From: Clostridiaceae bacterium Marseille-Q4149
GTDB lineage: Bacteria > Bacteroidota > Bacteroidia > Bacteroidales > Bacteroidaceae
Length of the DNA stretch: 64,000 nt
Assembly (NCBI GenBank): GCA_963644855.1
Contig: CAVIQL010000001.1
Location: 29,105-93,104, forward strand
Reading direction: 5' to 3'
Shown: in pieces, positions 57,835 through 64,000 of the stretch
How positions within the stretch are numbered: position 1 is the stretch's first letter
Layout: each line of letters starts with the position of its first letter
Program-made: the position numbers and the translations under genes
The notes under the pieces: model-generated
What the model was told of the DNA's origin: nothing
The model's input: the letters and a program-made list of their open reading frames with translations, nothing else
Databases searched by the model: none

Positions 57835-57891
57835 AGTGGTATGATTGTTTTGGGGTTGTTTATAAATCACGCGCATTGGCGCGTGGGTTCT

Positions 57892-57931
57892 CAAAACATG
57901 CGCCCCACCTTTTTTGTAGAAGGTGAAGCGC
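57892..57931 (-). terminator. Terminator after the SPOR-domain gene
   Basis: 12-bp stem (57900-57911 / 57920-57931, two G-U pairs on the minus strand) followed by atgtttt. Confidence 0.5.
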
Positions 57932-57959
57932 ATGTCTGTATTGGTTGTAACAGCGATAA

Positions 57960-58448
57960 TTAGTTGTTGCGGAGCAACCAAGCGTCTGCGTAAGTTCCGC
58001 GTAGCTTGTTGCGTGAAGAAACTGCAGAGCTAAGATCGTCGTAAGTGGTTGCTATCACGCGATAGAACTTGCGTTGCGGATTGAGAGCAATCTGTGCGTC
58101 GTAGCCTTGGTTCTTGAGTTTTTGTTGCAAACCCTGTGCGTTTGCTTTTAGTGAGAAGCTGCCGCAAACCACGCTGTATTTCTTCAGTCCTGCACCATCG
58201 ATAAGTGTAAGGTTTTCCGATCTTACATTTGCGTTCTCGGTCGATGTTGTCGGCGCTGTGGTTACAGTTGTTGCGGGCTGCGTGGGTTGCACTGCCACAG
58301 TGGTTTGTTGTTGTGGTTGCTGCTGTTCTACGGTTTGCTGTTGCTTAGCTTTTTCGTATGCTTTTTTATATGCAGATTCTTGTGATTTGCAAGAGGTGAA
58401 TGCTACTGCGGTGCACAAACTCAATGCTATGGCTACATACTTTTTCAT
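57960..58448 (-). CDS. SPOR-domain lipoprotein
   Basis: Lipobox AFTSCK, a Q/T-rich linker, and a C-terminal SPOR-like YSVVCGSF....A..L...L...GY.A pattern. Confidence 0.7.
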   Translation of the reverse strand: MKKYVAIALSLCTAVAFTSCKSQESAYKKAYEKAKQQQTVEQQQPQQQTTVAVQPTQPATTVTTAPTTSTENANVRSENLTLIDGAGLKKYSVVCGSFSLKANAQGLQQKLKNQGYDAQIALNPQRKFYRVIATTYDDLSSAVSSRNKLRGTYADAWLLRNN

Positions 58449-58700
58449 GATTGGTTAATTGAATGCTTGTTTATTTGTAAGTTAATTAGTTCGCTTTGCT
58501 GCAAGCTGGCTTTGTTGTTTTGTCAAACTTGCGTTACAAAGTTACGATTTTTATTTGACATGCAGTTGCTTTGATACTAAAGAATATTAAAAGTGTGGCT
58601 ATTTGTGGTTTTTTGCAATAATTGTGGGCTGCGACGCGGGCGTTTTCGCGAAAAAAGGTTACTTTTGAAATCGAATAGAAACCATAATATTTTTACAGAC

Positions 58701-58910
58701 ATGAAAGGTTTAAGCATTTTGGCAGCTTTTTTGGGCGGCGCCGCAGTAGGTGCTGCGTGTGGTATCCTTTTTGCTCCCGAGAAGGGCGAAGATACTCGTG
58801 AAAGAATCATCGAAGCGTTGCACAAACGCGGCATACGTCTCGACCGTAAACAGATGAACGACCTCGTTGACGATATTGCCGACGAACTTAAAGCGGCAGA
58901 CAACGACTAA
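58701..58910 (+). CDS. YtxH domain protein
   Basis: MKGLSILAAFLGGAAVGAACGILFAPEKGEDTRE; start moved to ATG 58701. Confidence 0.75.
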   Translation: MKGLSILAAFLGGAAVGAACGILFAPEKGEDTRERIIEALHKRGIRLDRKQMNDLVDDIADELKAADND

Positions 58911-58940
58911 TCTGCTTTTTGTATTGAATAAGTCTTTGTA

Positions 58941-59306
58941 ATGTTCTCTACCAATCGCAATCTTAAAACTCTCGAGGAGCTTGCGGCGGAATTAAAGCGC
59001 TACTTTGAGCTCCAGAAAGACTTTGTGAAATTAGAGTTCGTTTCAAAACTCATCGTATTACTGTCCGCGCTGATATTAGGAATGATTATGTTCCTTATCG
59101 GCGCGGTTGCGTTTATACTAATAGCCTTTTGTCTTGCCTCGTTTATAGGAGATATTACGGGGAGTCAGACTGTTGGTTATGCGTCGGTAGCTTTGCTGTT
59201 TGTGTTGTTGGCTCTGGTGGTGTTTTTCAACCGCAACAGATTGATTACAGTGCCTATCGTGAAATTTTTGAGCAACCTATTTTTAAGCGGAAACAATGAA
59301 CGGTAA
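58941..59306 (+). CDS. Small 2-TM membrane protein (holin-X/DUF1469-like)
   Basis: 121 aa, amphipathic N-terminus and two long TM helices; typical partner of YtxH genes. Confidence 0.4.
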   Translation: MFSTNRNLKTLEELAAELKRYFELQKDFVKLEFVSKLIVLLSALILGMIMFLIGAVAFILIAFCLASFIGDITGSQTVGYASVALLFVLLALVVFFNRNRLITVPIVKFLSNLFLSGNNER

Positions 59307-59544
59307 AAAAACTTCGGTATCGCTTGACGATATCTTGGCGCAACGCGACAAGGCTCTCGCAGATGTGCGCAAGAGTGGGCGCAGAATACGCACTCTTGCC
59401 GGCAGTTTGTTTGAACCGCCCAAGGCAGAGGGAAGATTTGGTGGAATGATAAACAATTTCGACCGTATTATGGCTGTGTACGACGGCGTTATGCTTGGCA
59501 CAAAGATAATACGGCGTGTAAGAAGTTTTATGCGCAGAAGATGA
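59296..59544 (+). CDS. Hypothetical small basic protein
   Basis: 82-aa ORF overlapping both neighbours by a few nt (operon-like coupling). No motif recognised. Confidence 0.4.
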   Translation: MNGKKTSVSLDDILAQRDKALADVRKSGRRIRTLAGSLFEPPKAEGRFGGMINNFDRIMAVYDGVMLGTKIIRRVRSFMRRR

Positions 59545-59960
59545 AAAGGTTTTTCCTGAAAATCATTACGTGTGGGGTGTTGGCGTTTGTGCTTTCGGCT
59601 TTCGTGGCGTGCCGCCAAAACTCTTTTGATGACCAATGTGAGCAGCAGGCATCGGATTTCACAGAGAAGCAATGCCCGATGAAAGTTTCAGAAGGCGTAG
59701 TGCTCGATTCTATGACCTATTCCAAAGCGCTGCGTTGCATTACTTATCATTATACGATGAGTGGAAAAATGGACGATGCCAAATTGGTGCAAGACAATAC
59801 CGGTATGATTCGCAACGGATTGTGTAAAGCGATAACCAATTCTGTGGAACTGAAACGTGCGAAAGATGCCGGAATTAATTTTCGCTATGTTTACGTGTCG
59901 GCTTCGAGCCACAAAACTTTAACGAGCATCACTTTGCGCAAAAGCGATTACGCAAAATAG
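59541..59960 (+). CDS. Hypothetical lipoprotein
   Basis: Signal/lipobox LSAFVACRQ; 139 aa. No motif recognised. Confidence 0.45.
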   Translation: MKRFFLKIITCGVLAFVLSAFVACRQNSFDDQCEQQASDFTEKQCPMKVSEGVVLDSMTYSKALRCITYHYTMSGKMDDAKLVQDNTGMIRNGLCKAITNSVELKRAKDAGINFRYVYVSASSHKTLTSITLRKSDYAK

Positions 59961-60024
59961 CGTCCTTACTGGGGTGTGGTCATACCTTTATAGGGTTGTT
60001 TTTTTAGGATGTAGGACTTGGCTT

Positions 60025-60160
60025 AAACAATGTCCTATATTTTTTGTGCCTTTGGGGGAGCTTGAAAAACGATGTTGTATCTCGTGAAAACGAGGTTCGA
60101 TATAATTTAAATTCCAAGGCGTCTAATTTGAATTAGATGCCTTGTAATTTTTGCTAAAAG
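60025..60160. repeat. Repeat family locus R14 (word remnant plus imperfect hairpin 60108-60149)
   Basis: aaacaatgtcctatattttttgtg ... gaggttcgatataatttaaattccaaggcgtctaatttgaattagatgccttgtaatttttgctaaaagcg. Confidence 0.7.
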
Positions 60161-60232
60161 CGCTTGAAGTTTAATCTTGTTGTATGTTGCGCATTTTCAA
60201 ACATATATTGATAATGCGAAGAAGCTCGCAAT

Positions 60233-61357
60233 TTATCTTCCGCCTTTTCTCCGATTACATTCCCGGCACAACATTTGGCAGTTCTCCTCAATGGTGCGTC
60301 CGCCTTCGCGCCACGGAGTGATATGGTCGCCTTCCATGAATTCCATGTCGAGTTCTTTGCCGCAGATGGCGCACTTGTGGTTTTGTCTTTCCCATGCGGC
60401 AAGTTTTGTTTGCATATCAAAAACGCGCAGATCGAGATATCGTTCGTCGCCCGTGAGCACATAGGGAATTATTCCGCCGGGCTTTTGTATTTCGCTGTCT
60501 TTCATGAGCGCGGAAATCCGTTTGCCAATAGCCGAAACATCGAGTGTGTCTTCATGAAAACGGTCGTAGAAATAAGCCCAATCGAGTCCTTTCATAATCT
60601 TCTTGAAATGTTTCATGTCGAAGTTCGTAATGGCCCAGTTTAATACGTTTTGAAAATAGCTCCAAAGGTTGTTGGCGTTAGGGTCGTGCTGATGTTTCGC
60701 CATATATCCCACTATGGTTTGCCCGTGTCCCTCGCGCGTTTCGTGTTGTGCAATCCATTCGAGCGCTTTTTTCAGAAAATCCTGGCGGTTGGGCGTGCCG
60801 TTCACCAAATCTTTGCCCAAGCGATACGCGCCGCAGTTGTTTTTTGAAAAATGACGCTTTGCATCGCTCACAAAAGGGCCTGCATAGACAGCATTGTTTA
60901 TTTCCTGTTCGTTAAGAGGCTTTCCCGCTATGTTTATTGTTTTGAACCATTCCAATTTTTCCGAAGCTTCTCCCTCGCAGATATACACTGTGAGCGGATA
61001 GGTAAGTATTCGCTTTTGTATGTCGGCGGGTTGGTTGAAAAAGTTCTTGAACTCGAAACTGAATTTCCCCGCTACGTATTCGCAAATCGAGAGGGTGCGT
61101 TGCTGGCCGTCCATAACTTCGTAAGGACATTCGGCATCGTCGCTGCGCTTCACCCAATACATCACATTCAAAGGGTAGCCCTGCATCACAGTATTGATTA
61201 CGGCTTGCTGTTCTTTCTCATTATATATAAACTCACGCTGATAGGGCGGACGAATGTCGAGTTTGCCGTTGTATCCGCGCACTCCCTGTTCGTCGTTGTT
61301 GGAGTAGTCGCGCGTTATATCGCCAACGGTAACTTCTATCTGCTTTATGGTCATCAT
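60233..61357 (-). CDS. DUF262 (ParB/Srx-like, GmrSD-N-type) domain protein with a C-terminal HNH nuclease motif, copy B
   Basis: 374 aa. N-terminal RPPYQREFIY...VMDGQQRTLSI (DGQQR motif). C-terminal KCAICGKELD...GDHITPWREGGRTIEENCQMLCRECNRRKGG (HNH). Confidence 0.8.
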   Translation of the reverse strand: MMTIKQIEVTVGDITRDYSNNDEQGVRGYNGKLDIRPPYQREFIYNEKEQQAVINTVMQGYPLNVMYWVKRSDDAECPYEVMDGQQRTLSICEYVAGKFSFEFKNFFNQPADIQKRILTYPLTVYICEGEASEKLEWFKTINIAGKPLNEQEINNAVYAGPFVSDAKRHFSKNNCGAYRLGKDLVNGTPNRQDFLKKALEWIAQHETREGHGQTIVGYMAKHQHDPNANNLWSYFQNVLNWAITNFDMKHFKKIMKGLDWAYFYDRFHEDTLDVSAIGKRISALMKDSEIQKPGGIIPYVLTGDERYLDLRVFDMQTKLAAWERQNHKCAICGKELDMEFMEGDHITPWREGGRTIEENCQMLCRECNRRKGGR

Positions 61358-61429
61358 GATATCAAAGTATTTTTGTTTGTATTGAGTTTTTAGATGATTT
61401 AAAAAGGATGTTGTTGCGCCACATCGAAA

Positions 61430-62470
61430 TTATTTTCTGCGGCGAATGAAAATCCGCTTGTAAATTCCTTTTCCATTAACAACTGGTGCGTCTCGTCTGG
61501 GAAAAGGAATCTCGTAGTCTTTAAGCATTCCGTCTCCTCCTCTATCTGTAGTCCAAATAATTTCAAATTGGTCGGGACAATATTTGTCGAGGAATGTGAT
61601 TGGCACGCCCATAACACCATCGTAATCGCAGGGAATGTCTGCTGTGCGGCTTACTTCGATAGCATTGTAATTATCATACCGAGGGTATTCGTCTGGAGAG
61701 TAATGGCATACCAAATCCAAGTAATCACTTCGCTTTGGTATCTCGAGGTTTGTAAACCACATCACTCCCGAAACTCTTATCATGCCTTTGCGATGGTCTC
61801 CTGCCGTAGCTTTGTCTTCGTAAGGCGACATAAAATGTGCGGCAGTGCCTTTGAAACCATATCCCAACCACAATTGATTGTTCTTGATATAGGGAAAGAT
61901 TTCCTTGTAAGTAATTGCGTTTTGATTTCCCACGATAATAAATTTCTTGTTGTGCTTCATGAGTTGCGATACATATTCGCGAAACAACGAAAAAGGCGGA
62001 TTTGTTACCACTATGTCGGCTTCTTTTAGAAGTTCCACGCATTCTGTGCTGCGGAAATCTCCTGTTTGCAGTGTGGAAATCACATTCCGATCGTTTTGCA
62101 ACAGATAGCGCACGTCCGACAAGTCAACGGCTCCGTCGCCATTGAGGTCTTTTACTTCCGTAATCTCAACCTTGTAAGCTATTTTCTTTGGTTCGCTGTC
62201 GAATTCCTCGAAATGTATCAACAATTCGTTGCCTTGCACCGGCGAACCGTTATAACAGGTGCAAATAAGCTTCTTCAAACCAAGCTGATTGAAGCGTAGC
62301 GCAAAATATTTGAAGAAATTGCTCTCGAAAGGGTCATCGCAGTTACACAGAATGGTTTTGCCGCGAAAATGTTGCCAATAATGTTGAAGTTCGCGCTCAA
62401 TGTCGACGAGTTGGGTGTAGAACTCGTCTTTTTTTGCCGTCTTTGCGGCACCAAGATGTTTGTTTGCCAT
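61430..62470 (-). CDS. EcoRI-methylase-like N6-adenine DNA methyltransferase, copy B
   Basis: MANKHLGAAKTAKKDEFYTQ...ILCNCDDPFESNFFKYF...VVTNPPF. Start moved to ATG 62470 by alignment with copy A. Confidence 0.8.
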   Translation of the reverse strand: MANKHLGAAKTAKKDEFYTQLVDIERELQHYWQHFRGKTILCNCDDPFESNFFKYFALRFNQLGLKKLICTCYNGSPVQGNELLIHFEEFDSEPKKIAYKVEITEVKDLNGDGAVDLSDVRYLLQNDRNVISTLQTGDFRSTECVELLKEADIVVTNPPFSLFREYVSQLMKHNKKFIIVGNQNAITYKEIFPYIKNNQLWLGYGFKGTAAHFMSPYEDKATAGDHRKGMIRVSGVMWFTNLEIPKRSDYLDLVCHYSPDEYPRYDNYNAIEVSRTADIPCDYDGVMGVPITFLDKYCPDQFEIIWTTDRGGDGMLKDYEIPFPRRDAPVVNGKGIYKRIFIRRRK

Positions 62471-62790
62471 AGCAGACCGATAGTTTATAGCCGCTATCAA
62501 TCCGCTAAAACGCAAAAAAGGCGTGTGCCTCTTATCGCGTTTAGCACGGGGCGAGCCTCGGAATGGAGCCCCAGTCTATTTATAAGAATGCAGCACGCCT
62601 ATAGCGTGGGCATTGCATTATATAAATAGAACAGAGGTTCTCACACGAGCCGCCTGTCACATATTATTTCCGTGCTTGTTATTCCAATTGAGTTTCCGAG
62701 GCTCTTGGCTAAACGCGAAATAATAGCGAATGCTTATGATTTTACCAAAAAGATATCGCGGGATAGATCTCTAAGACCATATCTTTCCGC
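62471..62790 (-). ncRNA. Conserved structured 5' leader / candidate ncRNA of methyltransferase operon B
   Basis: Same architecture as 1412-1742. Helices: 62575-62583/62622-62630, 62587-62591/62610-62614, 62594-62598/62604-62608, 62662-62670/62717-62725, 62536-62545/62708-62717. Start-codon hairpin 62470-62483/62494-62507, whose three mismatches become G-U pairs only on the minus strand. Confidence 0.55.
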
Positions 62791-62796
62791 TATTTG

Positions 62797-62804
62797 CAAA
62801 AATA
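62797..62804 (-). promoter_or_regulatory. -7 promoter box TATTTTTG for operon B
   Basis: The minus strand reads ...atatttcgggaaatcgcTATTTTTGcaaatagc, homologous to the block upstream of copy A. Confidence 0.5.
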
Positions 62805-62870
62805 GCGATTTCCCGAAATATTATAGTGATTTTGTGTGGGGAAATATAATGTTGCGTTTGCCGAATAGAA

Positions 62871-62915
62871 TAAAAACAAAACCAGCCTCACAACAGGAAT
62901 GTGGGGCTGGTTTTT
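62871..62915. terminator. Hairpin terminator downstream of the threonine aldolase gene (bidirectional shape)
   Basis: ccagcctcaca / tgtggggctgg stem (62882-62892 / 62900-62910, one non-Watson-Crick pair), flanked by an A-rich run and a T-run. Confidence 0.6.
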
Positions 62916-62931
62916 ATGGTATGGCTTGTCC

Positions 62932-63025
62932 CAAAAACAATGTCTGATATTTTTTTAATAATGTCAGACATTATTTAAAAAAGGTCGGATATTATTTAAA
63001 CGATATGGCTTATTGTTTTTGTGAT
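62932..63025. repeat. Repeat family locus R15
   Basis: caATGTCTGATATttttttaataATGTCAGACATtatttaaaaaaGGTCGGATATtatttaaacgatatggcttattgtttttgtg. Confidence 0.8.
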
Positions 63026-63037
63026 GTAGTTTGTGCT

Positions 63038-64000
63038 TTATTTAAGTGCCGCTTTTATGTCGGCCACAAGCGTTGCTACATCTTCTTCTGTGGTATCAAA
63101 CGAAGTTACAAATCTTATTTCCTTGATGTTTTCGTCCCAATAAAAAAACTTTTGCTTCTTTTCCAATTCTTCCGCCGCTTTGGGTGGCATGGTAAGAAAC
63201 AATTGGTTGCTTTCGGTGGGCTGCATGAAATGTATTTCGGGTATTTGGTCGAGGGCGTTGCGTAGAATTTCTGCCATGCGGTTTGCGTGGCGTGCGTTGC
63301 GCAACCAAAGTTGCCCGGTCATGTATGCTGTGAATTGACAAGCAAGGAAGCGTTGTTTCGATGCCAGTTGTGCGCTTTGCTTGCGTATGAATACGGAGTG
63401 TTTCTTCAAATCGTCGTTCAAAACCACTACGCATTCGCCAATCATAAGTCCGTTTTTGGTTCCTCCAAAACTCACAACGTCTATACCGCAATCGCGTGTC
63501 AATTCTTTCAGTCCCGTATTGAGAGCTGCGGCAGCGTTTGCCAATCGTGCGCCGTCCATATGTACATACATTCCGTGGCTATGGGCGAGGGTAGTGATGG
63601 CTTTTAGTTCTTCGGGCTTGTAAACCGTTCCCATTTCGCTGCATTGCGAAATGTATATAGCCGTTGGCTGTGAATGGTGTTGCTCTCCTATTCCAACGAT
63701 GTAGGGCTTTATGAGCGCGGCACTGAGTTTTCCGTCGGGTGTGGGGATTGTTTTTATCGCTGCGCCTGTCATCTTTCCCGGTGCGCCGCATTCGTCAACA
63801 ACTATATGGGCAGTTTCTGCACAGAGAATGAGTCCCCACGATTGGGTACACAATTCCAGCGCAAGACAATTGCTGCCCGTGCCGTTGAAAGTGAACAATA
63901 CTTGTGTGCCTCCGCCAAAAGCGTTGTCGATAGCCTTTTCTGCTTCTTCCGACCACTGATCTTCTCCGTATCCCACGGCGTGGTCTTTATTCGCTTTCAC
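63038..64000 (-). CDS. ltaE: Low-specificity threonine aldolase / beta-eliminating lyase family protein (N-terminus beyond the window end)
   Basis: GTQVLFTFNGTGSNCLALE...HMDGARLANAA...SFGGTKNG (PLP-lysine region). The ORF is open to the window edge. Confidence 0.75.
   Translation of the reverse strand: MKANKDHAVGYGEDQWSEEAEKAIDNAFGGGTQVLFTFNGTGSNCLALELCTQSWGLILCAETAHIVVDECGAPGKMTGAAIKTIPTPDGKLSAALIKPYIVGIGEQHHSQPTAIYISQCSEMGTVYKPEELKAITTLAHSHGMYVHMDGARLANAAAALNTGLKELTRDCGIDVVSFGGTKNGLMIGECVVVLNDDLKKHSVFIRKQSAQLASKQRFLACQFTAYMTGQLWLRNARHANRMAEILRNALDQIPEIHFMQPTESNQLFLTMPPKAAEELEKKQKFFYWDENIKEIRFVTSFDTTEEDVATLVADIKAALK

Noticed and set aside
57835-57981. N-terminal extension of the tatA ORF (49 codons)
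   Set aside because: The extension overlaps the terminator hairpins after the SPOR gene and has no TatA similarity. A canonical TatA starts at MNLGMPEV (57834).
60088-60100. ggttcgat motif resembling a tRNA T-loop, noted during a general scan for tRNA and rRNA
   Set aside because: No acceptor, D or anticodon stems can be drawn around it, and it is part of repeat locus R14. No tRNA or rRNA gene was found anywhere in the window.
62672-62947. 91-aa plus-strand ORF overlapping leader B and its promoter
   Set aside because: It starts at GTG and lies on the opposite strand to the cassette. The homologous position in copy A is interrupted by a stop (tag at about 1637-1639), so it is not conserved as coding sequence.

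Overview
This is a chromosomal segment from a Bacteroidales-type genome. Supporting signs are TAnnTTTG -7 promoter boxes, a T9SS type-B sorting domain protein, the atpDC-x-atpBEFHAG gene order, and periplasmic DUF1080 / Gfo-Idh-MocA genes. Most of the window is housekeeping: recA, proCBA, the F-type ATP synthase, uvrA, ybaK, a POT peptide transporter, and a 2-oxoacid:ferredoxin oxidoreductase operon. It also holds a PglE/PglF-like amino-sugar gene pair, a MurNAc/peptidoglycan salvage cluster (namZ, murQ, acyltransferase, beta-lactamase-SGNH fusion, transglutaminase-NlpC/P60), rpsA, a 3-keto-glycoside-type cluster next to tatAC, and a YtxH stress cluster. I found no rRNA, tRNA, CRISPR array, transposase, integrase or conjugation gene. 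Two things are not explained by ordinary annotation. (1) Both ends of the window carry diverged paralogous operons on the minus strand: an EcoRI-methylase-like N6A DNA methyltransferase followed by a DUF262 protein, which in copy B ends in an HNH nuclease motif. Each operon is preceded by a consensus -7 promoter box and a conserved non-coding leader of about 300 nt. The leader shows compensatory base changes between the two copies, long-range or pseudoknot-like complementarities, and a hairpin abutting the start codon. This is my best candidate for an undescribed RNA-associated methylase/nuclease module. (2) A repeat family occupies at least 15 loci. It is built from 21-nt units, each an 11-nt palindromic word A[T/G][A/G]TC-N-GA[C/T]AT plus an A/T spacer, with a related long-palindrome variant. 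One copy sits in frame inside a membrane acyltransferase gene, where it encodes four heptads. All functional calls rest on motif recognition by eye; no database search was run.
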